From the human T2T-CHM13v2.0 reference genome, Homo sapiens, in assembly GCF_009914755.1 (NCBI RefSeq), contig NC_060933.1: a stretch of DNA of 64,000 bases; one strand, given 5' to 3'. Positions 16,033 to 33,759 of the stretch are shown piece after piece. The first letter of the stretch is position 1, and each line of letters starts with the position of its first letter. A program made the translations under genes and the position numbers. The notes below the pieces were generated by a model. The model worked only from the letters and a program-made list of their open reading frames with translations, was not told the DNA's origin and searched no databases.

Positions 16033-19000
16033 TGTGTCATCTATGATTTCTTTCAGCAGTGTTTTGTAGTTTTCCTTGTAGAGAGCTTTCACGTCCTTGG
16101 TTAGATATATCCTAAGTTTTGTGGGGGGGGGTTGCAGCTATTGTAAAAGGGTTTGAGTTCTTGATTTGATTCTCAGTTTGGTCACTGTTGGGATATAGCA
16201 GTACTACTGATTTGTGTACATTGATATTCTATCCTGAAACTTTACTGGATTAATTTGTCAGATCTAGGAGCTTTTTGGATCAGTCTTTAGGGTTTTCTAT
16301 GTATACCATCATATCATCAGTGAAAAGCAACAATCATTTAGGAGCAGGTTATTTAATTTCCATGTATTTTCATGCTTTTGAGGATTCCTTTTGGAGTTGA
16401 TTTCCACTTTTATTCCACTGTGGTCTGAAAGAGTACTTGATATAATTTTGATTTTCTTAAATTTGTTGAGATTTGTTTTGGGGTGTGTCATATGCTCTAT
16501 GTTGGAGAATGTTCCATGTACTGGTGAATAGAATGTGTATTCTACAGTTATTGGGTAGAATGCTCTGTAAATATATTAATTCCATTTGTTCTAGGGTATA
16601 GTTTAAGTCTATTGTTTCTTTGTTGACTTTTGGTCTTCATAATCGGTCTAGTGCTGTCAGTGAAGTATTGAAGGCCCCACTGTTACTGTGTTGTTGTCTA
16701 TCTCATTTCTTAGGTCTAGTAGTAATTGTTTTATAAAATTGGAACCTCCAGTGTTAGGCGTATATATATTTTGGATTATGATATTTTCCTCTTGGACTAG
16801 TCTTTTATCATTATATAATGTCCCTCTTGGTCTTTTTGAACTGTTGTTGGTTTAAAGTCTGTTTTGTCTGATATAAAAATAGCTACTCCTGCTTGCTTTT
16901 GGCATCCATTTGCATGGAATATCTTTTTCCACCGCTTTACCTTAAGTTTATGTCAGTCCCTGTGTGTTAGGTGAGTCTCTTGAAGACTTATTTCCCTGGC
17001 TTTGCTAGAGATCTAGACATTCAAATAGAAGTTCAAAGAACACCCAGGAAATTCGTCGCAAAAAGATCATCACCTAGACACATAGTCATCAGGTTATCTA
17101 AAGTCAATATGATGGAAATAATTTTAAGAACTGTGAGGCAAAAGCATCATGTAATCTATAAAGGAAAACCTATCAGATTAACGCAAATTTCTCAGCAGAA
17201 ACCCTACAAGCTAGAAGAGAGTGGGGTCCTATCTTTAGCCTCCTTAAGCAAAATAAGTTGTTTGAATGTCTAGATCTCTAGCAAAGCCAGGGAAATTTTC
17301 TTTGATTATTTCCTCAAATAAATTTTCCAAACTTAGATTTCTCTTCCTTCTCAAGAAAATCAGTTATTCTTAGGTTTGGTCATTTAACATAATCTCAAAC
17401 TTTTTGAATTTTGTTCATTTTTAAAAATTTTTTTTTCTTTGTCTTTGTCAGATTGGGTTAATTCAAAAGCCTTGTCCTCAAGCTCTGCAGTTCTTTCTTC
17501 TACTTGTTTGAGCCTATTGTTGAATTGTTTCATCCATATCCTGTTTTATTCTTTTAACTTCTTTAAGTTAGTTTTCACTTTTCTCTGCTACCTTCTTCAG
17601 TAGCTTAATAATCAATCTTCTGATTTGTTTTCTGGAAACTCAGAGATTTCGTCTTAGTTTGGATCCATTGCTGGTGATCTAGTGTGATCTTTTGGGGGTG
17701 TTATAGCACCTTGTTTTGTCATATTACCAGAATTGTTTCTCTGTTTTCTTCTCATTTGGGTAGATTATGTCAGAGGAAAGGTCTGGGACTAAAGGGCTGC
17801 TGTTCAGATTCTCTTGTCCCATGGGGTGTTGTCCCTTGATATGGTCCTATCCCCCCACTTCCCCTAGGGATGGGGCTTCCTGAGAGCCAGACTACAGTGA
17901 TTGTTATTGTTCTTCTGGGTCTAGCCTCCCAGCAGAGCTACCAGGCTCCAGGCTGGTACCGAGGAGTGTCTGCAAAGAGTCCTGTGATGTGATCTGTCTT
18001 TGGGTTTCTCAGCCATGGATACCAGCACCTGCTTCAGTGGAGGTAGCAGGGGAGTGAAGTGGACTCTGTGAAGGTCCTTGGTTGTATGTTTGTTTAGTGC
18101 ACTGGTTTTCTCTAATGCTGGTTGTGCTAGTGGTTAGTTGACCTTTAGCCAGAAGGTGGCTCTCTCAAGACAGCATTAGCTGATACAAGCTTGCCCTAAA
18201 ATTGCCCATGTAACTATTCAGGTTTCTCAGGTGATAGGAAAGACCATAGAGCTCCCAAGAGATTATGTCTTTTGTCTTCAGCTACCAGGGCAGGTAGAGA
18301 AAGACCATCAGGTGGGGGCAGGATTAGGTGTGTCTGAGCTCAGACTCTCCTTGGGTGGGGCTTGCTGTGGCTGCTGTGGGGGATGGGGTATGGTTCTTAA
18401 GCCGATGGAGTTATGTTCCCAGGTGGATTATGGCTGCCTCTCCTGCATCATATAAGTCACCTGGAAGTGGGGGAAAGCTGATAGTGACCAGCCTCACCCA
18501 GTTCCCACGCAGCCAGCAAGGCCAGTCTCACTCCCACCACCAGCCCCAAGTTTATATTCAGGCAACCAGCAATCACGGCTGAGATCTTGCCCCAGGCTAC
18601 ATGTCTCCTTGCTGAGAATTCAAGCAGGGCTTTCAGGCCCAGTCCCTTCTCACCTGCCATGGCTTCTGTGCTCATATCTGCACTTCTCATTGATCTCTCA
18701 CTTCTGGATTCTGCCCAGGAAAGTTCATGATTGGTCAAAATTATTACAGAGTTCAACTGGACGTTTTCTTCTCTCTGTGGTTCTTTCCGAATTCCACTGG
18801 CAGCCCTCCCCAAGGACCCTTGTGAGAAAAAGTCAGAAATGGCTTCCCTGGGGATCAGGAGTGTCCACAGGGCTCTTACTGCTGCTTCTTCTACCTTTAC
18901 ATTTTGCTGGGCTCTCTAAATTCATTTCAACTCTAGGTAAGGTTAAATCCTTCTTCTGTGATCTGAATTTTCAGGTTCCCCAGTGAGGATGTGTGTTTGG

Positions 19001-19231
19001 AGATGGACCTTCCCCCTGACACTTTGGGCACTCCCAGTTTTTTGGCTGTCTCACAGAGCTTGCAGTGGCAAGCTGTTTCCTTCAAAAGGTCTGTGAATTA
19101 TTTCAGTTTTCCTGGTACATTCTTGTGGTCGTTCTTGGAGCAAAAGTTTATGATGTAAGCCTCCACATACTGTTCTGTTCGTCCAAGTGGGAGCTGCAAG
19201 TTAGTCCTGCTTTGTAGCCACGATTTTCCCC

Positions 19232-19311
19232 AATATTTTGCATTTCTGATAGTTGCCGTGAGACTTTGATGTTGCTGGTCTAGGAACCGTAGTTTGAGAA
19301 CAACTGTTCTA
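19232..19311. mobile_element. MER5A-like MITE, right part
   Basis: TTGCATTTCT...GATGTTGCTGGTC...TTTGAGAACAACTG terminal motif. Confidence 0.75.
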
Positions 19312-22174
19312 GCATAATTGAAAGAAGGTTATCTGGCCATAGTCAAACCATCAAGGGAACCAACAAATATAAAAGCAAAAATTCCCAACCAAAAGGCAGT
19401 AAGTTCGAAGATTCAAGAAACATCAAGCCACACAGATGAAAAAGAACCAGAAGAAAAACAATGGAAATTCAAAAAGCCAAAGTGTCTTCTTACCTCAAAA
19501 TGACCACACTAGATCCCTTGCAATGTTTCTTAACCAGGCTGAAATGGCTGAAATGACAAACATTGAATTCAGAATCTGGATGGCAATGAATATCATTGAG
19601 ATTCAGGAGAAAGGTGATACCTACTCCAAGGAATCTAAGGAATACAGTAAAATGATACAAGAGCTAAAAGATCAAAATAGCCATTTTAAGAAAGAAACAG
19701 ACTTATCTGATAGAGCTGAAAAACTCACTACAAAAATTCCATAATACCATCAGGATTAACAGCAGAATAAACCAAGCTATGGAAATAAACTCAGAGCTTG
19801 AAGACCAGTTCTTCAAATCAACTCAGACAAAAATAAAAAAGAATGAACAAAACCTCCAAGAAATGTGGGGTTATATAAAGGGACCAAACCTATGAATGAC
19901 TGACATCCCTGGCAGAAAGGGAGCAAGAGCAAGGAACTTGTAAAATATATTTAATGAGACTGTGCACAAAAGTTTCCCCAGCCTTGCTAGAGAGGCGAAT
20001 ATTCAAATGCAGGAAATTTAGAGAAACCCTGTAAGATACTATACAAAATGACCATCCCCAAGACACATAGTTATCAGATTCTCCAGCGTCAACACAAAAG
20101 AAAAAAATACTAAAAGCAGCTAGAGAGAATAGGAAGGTCACTGACAAAGGGACCCCCATCAGGCTAACAATGGACCTTTCAGCAGAAACACTGTAAGCCA
20201 GAAGAGAATGTGGCCTATATTCAACATTCTTAAAGAAAAGAAATTTTAACCAAGAATTTTATCCAGCCAAACTAAGCTTCATAAGAAAACGAGAAATAAA
20301 ATCTTTTTCAGAAAAGCAAATGCTAAGGGAATTTGTTACCATCAGACTTACCATACAAGTCCTAAAGGAAGTGCTAAATGCAGAATCAAAAGACTGTTAC
20401 CAGCCACCATAAAAACACACTTAAGTATATAGACTGTTTACATTATAAAGCAACTACACAATCAAGTTTGCATAGCCACCAGCTAACAATACAATGACAG
20501 GAACAAATCTGCACATAGTAATATTAACCTTGAGTATAAATGGGTTAAATGCCCCACTTAAAAGGCACACAGTGGCAATTTGGATAAAGAAGCAAGACTC
20601 AACTCTATGCTATCTTCAAGATACCCATCTCATATGCAGTGACACCCATAGGCTCAAAATAAAGGGATGGAGAAAAATCTACCAAGCAAAGGAAAAACAG
20701 AGAGAAGAGTAGGGGTTGCTATTCTTATTTCAGACAAAACAGACCTTAAACCAACAATGATAAAAAAAGACAAGGGCATTATATAATGATAAAGGGTTTA
20801 ATTCCACAGGAAGACTTAATTATCCTAAATATATATGCAGCCAATACTGAAGCACTCAGATTTATAAGACAAGTTCTTAAAGACCTTGATTCCACAAAGA
20901 GACTTAGATTCCCACAAAATAATAGTGGGACACTAAAACACCCCACTGACAGTGTTAGACAGATCATTGAGGCAGAGAATTAACAAAGATATTCAGGACC
21001 TAAACTTGACACTTGAACAAATGGACCTGACAGACATCTGCAGCACACTCCACCCAACAACAACAGAATATACATTCTTCTCATCTGCACATGGCATATA
21101 GACTAAAATGAACCACATCTTGACCATAAAGCAATTCTCAACAAATTCAAAAATAAAATCATACCAACCTACACTCTCGGACCACAGTGCAATGAAAATA
21201 GAAATCAATAGTGAAAAGATATTTCAAAATTATACAATTACATGGAAATTAAACAACCTTCTCCTTAATGGCTTTTGGCTAAGCAATGAAATTAAGGCAG
21301 AAATCAAGAAATTCTTTGAAAATAATGAAAACAAAAGTACAACATACCAGAATCTCTGGGACATGGTGAAAGCAGTGTTAAGAGGAAAATGTACAGTGCT
21401 AAATGCTGACATTAAAATTGCCAATCCAATTACCTCCACCTGGTCCTGCCCTTGACACATGGGGATCATGGGGATTACAATTCAAGGTGAGGTTTGGGTG
21501 GGAACACAGATCCAAACCATATCAGCACTGGTACAAAAACAAAAACACAAATAATCTCAAATAAACAATCTAACATTATACCAAGAGGATGTAGAAAAAC
21601 AAGAGCAAACCAACCCAAAAGATAGAAGGAGAAAAGAAATAACCAAAATCAGAACTTAACAAAGTTAATGTGCAAAATACATACAATTGTTTTCAAACAT
21701 CAATGAAACCAAACGTTGGTTTTCTGAAAAAATAAATAAGATTGAAAGAGTGCTTGCTAGACTTACAAAAAAAGAGAGAAGATCTAAATAAAGACAATCG
21801 GAAATGACCAAAGGGACATTACCATCAACCCCACAGAAATATAAAAAACCCTCAAAGACTAAATGAACACTTCTGTGCACATAAACTAGAAAACCTAGAA
21901 GGAATGGATAAATTCTGGGAAACGTACAACCTCTCAAGATTAAACCTGGAAAAAATTGAAACCCTGAACAGACCATTAATGAGTTCCAAAATTGAATCAG
22001 TAACAAAAACCTGTCAAACAGAAAAAGCCTTAGATTAGATGGATTCACAGCTGAATTCTACCATATGTAAAAAACAAAAGGTATTACCAATCCTACTGAA
22101 ACTATTCAAAAAAAAAAAAATCAAAGGAGGAGGGACTCCTCTCTAACTTATTCTATAAGGCTAGCATCATTCTG

Positions 22175-22176
<2 letters not shown>

Positions 22177-22209
<33 letters not shown>
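22177..22209. repeat. (AC)n microsatellite
   Basis: About 16 AC units within L1 ORF2. Confidence 0.97.
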
Positions 22210-22213
<4 letters not shown>

Positions 22214-22759
22214 TTCTGGCCAACATTCCTGGTGAACATGTATACAAAAATACTCAACAAAATGCTAGCAAACGAAATCCAGCATTGTATCAAAAAGCTA
22301 ATCCACCATGATCAAGTAGCCTTTATTCTTGTTCTGCAAGGTTGGTTCAATGTACACAAATCAATAAATATGATTTGTCACAAAAGCAAAGCAAAAAACA
22401 AATACCACATTATCATTTCAATAAATGCAGAAAAGACTTTTGATAAAATTCAACATCCTTTCATGTTAAAAAAAAAAAAAAACTAGGTATTGAAGTAGCA
22501 TACTTCAAAATAATAAGAGCCATCTTTGACAAGCCCACAGCTAACATCATAGTCAACAGGCAAAAGCTGGAAGCATTCCCCGTGAGAACTGAAACAAGAC
22601 CAAGATGCCCACTCTCACCACTCCTAATCAACATAGTACTGGATGTCCTAGCCAGAGCAATAAGGCAAGTGAAAGAAATAAAGGTTTCCAAATAGAAAAA
22701 AAAGAAGTCAACTATCTCTCTTCACAAACATGATTTTGTACCTAGAAAACTCCATAGTG

Positions 22760-23018
22760 AACACTGCATGTTCTCACTCATAGGTGGGAATTGAACAATG
22801 AGAACACTTGGACACAGGAAGGGGAACATCACACACTGGGGCCTGTTGTGGGGTGGGGGGTGGGGGAGGGATACCATTAGGAGTTATACCTAATGTAAAT
22901 GACGAGTTAATGGGTGCAGCACACCAATATGGCACATGTATACATATGTAACAAACCTGCACGTTGTGCACATGTACCCTAGAACTCAAAGTGTAATTAA
23001 AAAATATATATATATAAA
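22760..23018 (+). mobile_element. Very short 5'-truncated L1PA insertion
   Basis: L1PA 3' UTR with A/AT tail; perfect 16-bp TSD AGAAAACTCCATAGTG at 22744-22759 and 23019-23034. Confidence 0.96.
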
Positions 23019-23566
23019 AGAAAACTCCATAGTGTCTGTCCAAAGCCTCCTGCATCTGATTAAAAAAAAAAACTTCAGCAACATTTTAGGGTACAAAATC
23101 AATGTATAAAACTCAGCATTTCAATACATCAATAACATCCAAGCTGAGAGCCAAATCGTGAATGCAGTCCCATTCACAATAGCCACGAAAAGAATAAAAT
23201 ACCTAGTAATACAGCTAACCAAGGAGGTGAAAGTTCTCCACAAAGAGAATTACAAAACACTGCTCAAAGAAATAGAGATGATACAAACGAGTGGAAAAAC
23301 ATTCCATGCTCATAGATAGGAAGCATCAACACCATTAAAGTAGCCATACTGTCCAAAGCAATTTACAGATTAAATGCCATTCCTATCAAACTGCCAATGA
23401 CGTTTTTCACAGAATTAGAAAAAACCATTCTAAAATTAATACAGAACATGAAAAAGCCAGAATAACCAAAGCAAGCCTAAGCAAAATGAACAAAGCTAGA
23501 GGCATCAGACACTACCTGACTTCAAAGTACACTACAAGGCAACAGTAACCAAAATAGCATGGTACT

Positions 23567-28063
<4,497 letters not shown>

Positions 28064-31039
28064 GTACTGGTACAAAAACAGAAACACAAATCAATGGAAC
28101 AGAGTAGAGAACCCAGAAATAAAGCTGCACACCTACAATCATCTGATCTTTGACAAAGTTGACAAAAACAAGCAATGGGGAAAGGACTCCCTATTCAATA
28201 AATGGTGCTGGGATAACTGGCTAGCCATATACAGAAGACTGAAACTGGACCCCTTCCTTATACCATATACAAAAATCAACTCAGGATGCATTAAACACTT
28301 AAATGTAAAACCTAGAACTATAAAAACCCTAGAAGAAAACCTAGGAAATACCATTCTAGACATAGGCCTTGGCAAATATATCATCAGGAAGACTCCAAAA
28401 GCAATTGCAACAAGAACAAAAATTGACAAGTGGGACCTAATTAAACTAAAGATCTTCTGCACAGCAAAAGAAACTATAAACAGATTAAACAGACAACCTA
28501 CAGAATGGGAGAAAATATTTGTAAGCTATGCAACTGACTCTAATATCCAGAATCTATAAGGAACTTAAACAAATTAACAAGGAAAAAAATTTAAAAATGG
28601 GCAAACGAAATGAACAGACACTTTTCCAAAGAAGATGTACATGCAGCCAACAAGCATATGACAAAAATGCTCAACATCACTAATAATTAAACAAATACAA
28701 ATCAAAGCCACAATGAAATACCATATCACACCAGTCAGAATGGCTACTATTAAAAAGCCAAAAATATCAGAAGCTGGTGAGATTGCAGGGAAAATGGGAC
28801 ACTAATACACTGCTGGTGGGAATGTAAATTAGTTCAGCCACTGTGGAAAGCGGTTTGGAGATTTCTCAAAGGATTTAAAAACAAAACTACCATTCAACCC
28901 AGCAATCCCATTACTGGGTATATACCCAAACGAATATAAACTGTTCAACCATAAAGACTCATGCATGCTTATGTTCATCACAACACTATTCACAATAGCA
29001 AAGACATGGAATCAACCTTGATGCCCATCAACAGTGGACTGGGTAAAGAAAAAGAGGTAAATATACATCACGCAATACTATGCAGCCATGAGAAAGAACA
29101 AAATAATGTCTTTTGCAGCAGCATGGATGTAGCTGGAGACTATTATCCTAAGTAAACTAACGCAAGAACAGAAAACCAAATACCTCATATTCTCACTTAT
29201 AAGTAGAAGCTAAACACTGAGTACACATGGACACAAAGAAGGGAACAACTGATGCCAAGGCCCACCTAAGGATGCAGACTGAGAGGAGAGTTAGGATTGA
29301 AAAACTACCTCTTAGGTACTATGCTTATTACCTGGGTGATGGAATAATCTGTATACCAAACTCCATGACATACAGTTTACCATTGTAACACACCTGCACA
29401 GGCATCCCTAAAACAAAACTTGTAAAGAAAATACCAAAATACACATTGACAAAAGAAAAAGAAGATACTAAAGACAACCTAAATAAAGAGAGGTCTTCAT
29501 AGATGGAAAGGCTCAGTGTTACAAAAATGTTAGTTCTCCTTAATATAAACTATCCAATACAATTCCAGTTTAAAAAATTGAAGAGTTGAGCCTTTTAAAT
29601 TTTTTTAGTATTCATAACAAAAACAATTTTAAGTTTAATAGCACAGGAGGAAAAGTAATGAAGCTTGAAAATTAAAAGGGATACAGAATCCTAATGACAC
29701 TTTGATTGACTATCTCATAAAGAATCAGACATCAGGCACAGAAAATTGCCACATTTTAGATTCTTGGCTACTTGCATTTTGCTAGTTTTTCATATGATTA
29801 TTAACTATAAAACCTATAAACGAGCTTTTATTAGGAATCAAAGAAAGGGAATAAAGGACTAGGGAGGATAACTCAACCTCCTTTGCCAGGTGTATGGAGT
29901 TTTTAAAAAAGGTTAGTAGCAGCTATAAGGGCAAAGGAAAACAACTGAGTCTCAGGGGTTTGCCACAAGGAGGAAATGAGGTTATGAGGAACCCACATGG
30001 GCCTGGAGAAGCTTGTGACATTTTCTCATAGGCTATTTACAGCCAATGCCATCACAATACAAATAAATTTAAAACAGTGAAGAAAAACAGAAGTAAGCTA
30101 GTTTTACTGATTGTAGAGATTACTCTGTGTGCTATGATCAAGTTCCAAATTTGTTTGAGTTTTCTAGCTGCTAGAAATAACAAAAAGGAAAATATGACAA
30201 ATGTTACAGTGTTCAAAAGTAGAAATGAGGCAACATGTTAAGTCCACATGAAATCCCTAAGTAGAATGTATGAGAAATAGCTTTCAGTCTGGGTTCCTAC
30301 AGGCAAGGAACAGGTGCCATCTCCAGCTGAGTCAAGCAAAAGAGTAATTCGCTAAACGATATTGCAATAGCTCACAAAATCTACTAGGAAGAACTGAAGT
30401 AGAGGCTCAAGGCTAAGCCACTAGGAAAGACACACTGAAGCATGTTTTAGAATTGGTCTGGAGATAAAACAGCTTCCTCCAGTTCCACAGATACTACCAT
30501 TTCCACCTGCTAAGCTAGTGTCCCTTCAAACCCTTGTTTCCTGTAGCTCATGAGTCAGATCCCATCTGGTAGCATTTAGTTCAGAGTCTTAAGTCGCATG
30601 CCTATGACCTACCTGCAAAAGAGGAAGGAAAAGTAAGCATCTGGTATTTTTAGCTCCTATAATGGATCATCCACACTTAGCACATGTCTGTAATACTATG
30701 AATTCCCCAAACATAAAAACTAGTTATACTGGTACACAACCAAAACAACATGACAAATGTGACAATAACCATACACCATCCACTTTCAAGTTTTCTACAT
30801 AACCAGTGAAGTCAATCCTTAGAGGGACTTAAATTAAGATTACAAATTGTTACTTGTTCCCTTATGAACTTTCTGACCTAAGTATTCTCAATCCAATAAT
30901 GTAGTTATAATCCTGCATTTATTTACTGTTTTCATCAGGGTTTTTAATACATCCATATATGTAACTTTCTTGGATCAATTTAACTTGGTCTAGGTTATTC
31001 TTGGATCTACCAGAACAGAACCCAGAATGCCTGGAGGTG

Positions 31040-31548
31040 TGGATAGAATAGAAAATCTCTTTTATTACCTTTAAGGGCTGTTAAACAAAACTGAATTCAC
31101 CAGTTACAAAAGCAAATGATTAAGGTAAGAACAGAAATATCAACACATTATGCTTGTTTACTTTAAAATGAAACTATCTTCTATATAAATAAAAACTGAA
31201 ATTCCCACCAAAATGTAAAGAATTTAAAAGGTAAATTGTAAACATTATAAAAAGGCATTGTGGAAAAGATGAATTCAACTAAATGTGCAGCTATCTGAAA
31301 ATGAGGCTGTGTTGTCTTCTCCTTAAGTATAGTGATTACAAATGAGGAAGGAGGATTGGAGGATTTCCGGCTGCTTTCTGTAGCATTGAATGGGGCCTGC
31401 TTTGTTAGATGACTTCAATTGCAGGATATTTCAGAAGGTGGATACATGGACTATACTATATTTAGACTCCAGCTGCCAGTGAGTCTGGGGGAGGCATACT
31501 TAGGCTTGCTGCAAAACGACGATCCATGGCTTTCGTGAACAAGTTATC
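31040..31548 (-). other. Candidate minus-strand terminal exon (unverified)
   Basis: Minus strand TCTTTTGTCATATATTTCAG|GATAAC acceptor at 31549/31548, short open frames, AATAAA at 31066-31061; lies in one of the few non-repeat blocks. Confidence 0.25.
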
Positions 31549-31668
31549 CTGAAATATATGACAAAAGATTTTTTTTTAAAAATCTTCAGGCCCAACTCAG
31601 AAACATCCTTTACTGATAATATGCAAAGGAGAATTTCCAGAAGAAAATGCTTCTGGATAGAGGAGATG

Positions 31669-32803
31669 GAAAATATTGAACAGAGTTGTTGGGAGAAGAA
31701 AGTCCCTTTCAACTTCTCACATTGCTGCCATCTGTCCTAGAGACACTCTGAGCTACCCCCATAACATCATTAAAACCACTTCTCTGGGGGTCTTGCTCTG
31801 TTGAACCCAGGCACTGTATGAGTCATTTCCTGAAAATATTGAACAGACTCATTGGGAGAAGACAATCCTTTTCAGCTTCTCACATTGCTGCTCCTGTTCC
31901 AGAGACACTCTGAGCTACCCTTATAATGAAATGCGAAAAGTTCCCTTGTCACTCTCAAAGGGCATGCGATGAGGGAGTGGCTCGCTGCTGCTCAAACCTC
32001 TAGGGAAGCATACAGATGGGCAGGTTGCGGAGCTCCGACCCCATGGCAGTGTCTAGGGGTGAATATTTACAGCTCCTGAAGCCCTAGTGGGCATGAGTTA
32101 CAGGGTGCTCTTTTAGTTTAGCTGTCTGTAGGCGACTTGTGTTAGCTCAAGTAGACCCCCTTTCTTATCACAAGGACAGAGGATTTCTGTATCCCGGGTT
32201 CTTGCCTTGATGTACTGGAAGAATCACACGTGGACTTGGAGAATTAGTGCAAGGTTTTATTAAGTAGAAGTAGCTCTCAGCAGATGGGGGAGCCAGAAAG
32301 GAGAATGGTTTTCCCCTTGGGTCAGGCCACTCGGCAGCCTGGGCGGCCTGGGCTGTCCTCCGACTGCCCTGGCCAAACTCCAAGGCGTTCTGCTGGTCAG
32401 TGGCCTGCCAGTGTGCTGGTGCCTGCTGATGTGCTCCTCTCAACATCCAGCTGCCTGTGTGTTCCTCTGCTGATGTGGTCCTCTCCACGTTCAGCCGCCT
32501 GTGTATCTGCCTGCGAGGGTGTCAGGCACAGGATTAGAGGTATGGCAGGCCAGGGTGGTCTTGGGAAATGCAACATTTGCGCAGGAAAACAAAAATGCCT
32601 GTCCTCGCCCAGGTCATTGGGGTGGAGCCCTAGCCAGGGACCACGACCTCCTCCTCTACCCAGCATTTCCCTTCCCCACTTCCGTATCATTTAAAGGGAC
32701 CATGCTCTTCCCTTCCCAGCACTCCCATATCAATAGTATCATCAAAAACCACTTCTCTGCTGGTCGTACTCTGTTGAACACAGACACTGTATAAGTCACT
32801 TTC
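31669..32803 (+). repeat. Diverged 163-bp tandem duplication, second copy split by an LTR
   Basis: Copy 1 is 31669-31831; copy 2 is 31832-31926 plus 32733-32803; shared GAAAATATTGAACAGA, CTTCTCACATTGCTGC, AGAGACACTCTGAGCTACCC and AAAACCACTTCTCTG. Confidence 0.92.
31927..32732 (-). mobile_element. ERV1 solo LTR (LTR1/HUERS-P2-like)
   Basis: TG...CA termini (TGAAATGCGAAAAGTTCCC / CCCATATCA), GCTGCTCAAACCTCTAGGG motif, GC-rich interior; 4-bp TSD-like ATAA/ATAG. Confidence 0.85.
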
Positions 32804-33137
32804 TACCACCAATCCAGACAGGCCTCAGTCATTGTTGAACAGCATGAACAAATTATCATGACTCACTAAAAAGAAAAATATATCAGCCAGTATGAAACAG
32901 AGAAAACAGGGCAAAAAGAGATTTATCTGACTCATGAGATTGTTTTAGTTGTTGTTGCTGATTAGTAAGGTTTTTTAACACCAAATTTTTCAGCATATAA
33001 TTGTCTCGATCTACTTAGAACATCATTAAAGTCAACATAATTTGTCCAGGGATTGTAATTTTATGGTGGAAAATGTCCAAAATTGCTTATAGCTATTATC
33101 ATTAAGTTTTTACCTACTCATTATTCCTTAGTGAATA

Positions 33138-33647
33138 TGAAATGGGAGAAGTGTTCTCTTATCCTTCTCACAGGGTATGTGACGGGGTGTGGCTCACTTC
33201 TTTGGTATCCCGCTGCTCAAACCTCTAGGGGGAGCATTTTTGGGGCTCCAACTCCATGGCAGTGTCTAGAGTTGTTTACAGCTCCTAAAGCCCCAGTGGG
33301 CGTGTGTTACAGTGTGCTCTTTTAGTTTTGCCATCTGCAGGCAGCTTGTGTTAATCAGCTCAATTAGACCCTCCACCTTATTGCAAGGACAGAGGGTTTT
33401 CTGTATCCTGGGTTCCTTCCCTAGTGTATTGGAAAAATCAGATCACACGTGGGCTTGGAGAATGAGTGCATGAGTGCAAGGTTTTATTGAGTCGTGGAAG
33501 TAGCTCTCAGCAGATGGGTGGTGAGCCAGAAGGGGAATGGAGTGTCTTAGCGTCCAGTTGCCTGTGTGTGTGCCCGCTAGGGTTTCGGGGGTTTTTACAG
33601 GCACAGGATGGGGGGCGTGGCATTTCCCTGCTCCCCTCCCTGTATCA
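33138..33647 (-). mobile_element. ERV1 solo LTR related to the previous one (LTR1/LTR27/LTR28/MER61 group), shorter
   Basis: TGAAATGGGAG...TGTATCA termini, TSD AATA/AATA; shares GCTGCTCAAACCTCTAGGG and GAAGTAGCTCTCAGCAGATGGG with 31927-32732. Confidence 0.8.
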
Positions 33648-33759
33648 AATAGACTGCAGTTTAAACATAAGGCAATAAATTAAAACCAGCATAAATTGAA
33701 AAAAAGTTTAAATTAGTTATGTTTCTCCCCTGCAAACTTAAAAAACACACACACATAAA

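Larger units (their letters stand above)
13679..19231 (-). mobile_element. L1PB element retaining both ends, with internal deletion and inversion
   Basis: 3' end TTTATTTCAATAGTTTTTGGGGAACAGG; 5' UTR start (antisense) GTCCAAGTGGGAGCTGCAAGTTAGTCCTGC; TSD CCCAATAATTTGCATTT (13662-13678) / CCCAATATTTTGCATTT (19229-19245); ORF2 jumps from the RT region to the endonuclease region near 16330. Confidence 0.9.

Noticed and set aside
32168-32794. Cluster of overlapping GC-rich ORFs
   Set aside because: All lie inside a solo LTR; GC richness lowers stop frequency and there is no recognisable protein.
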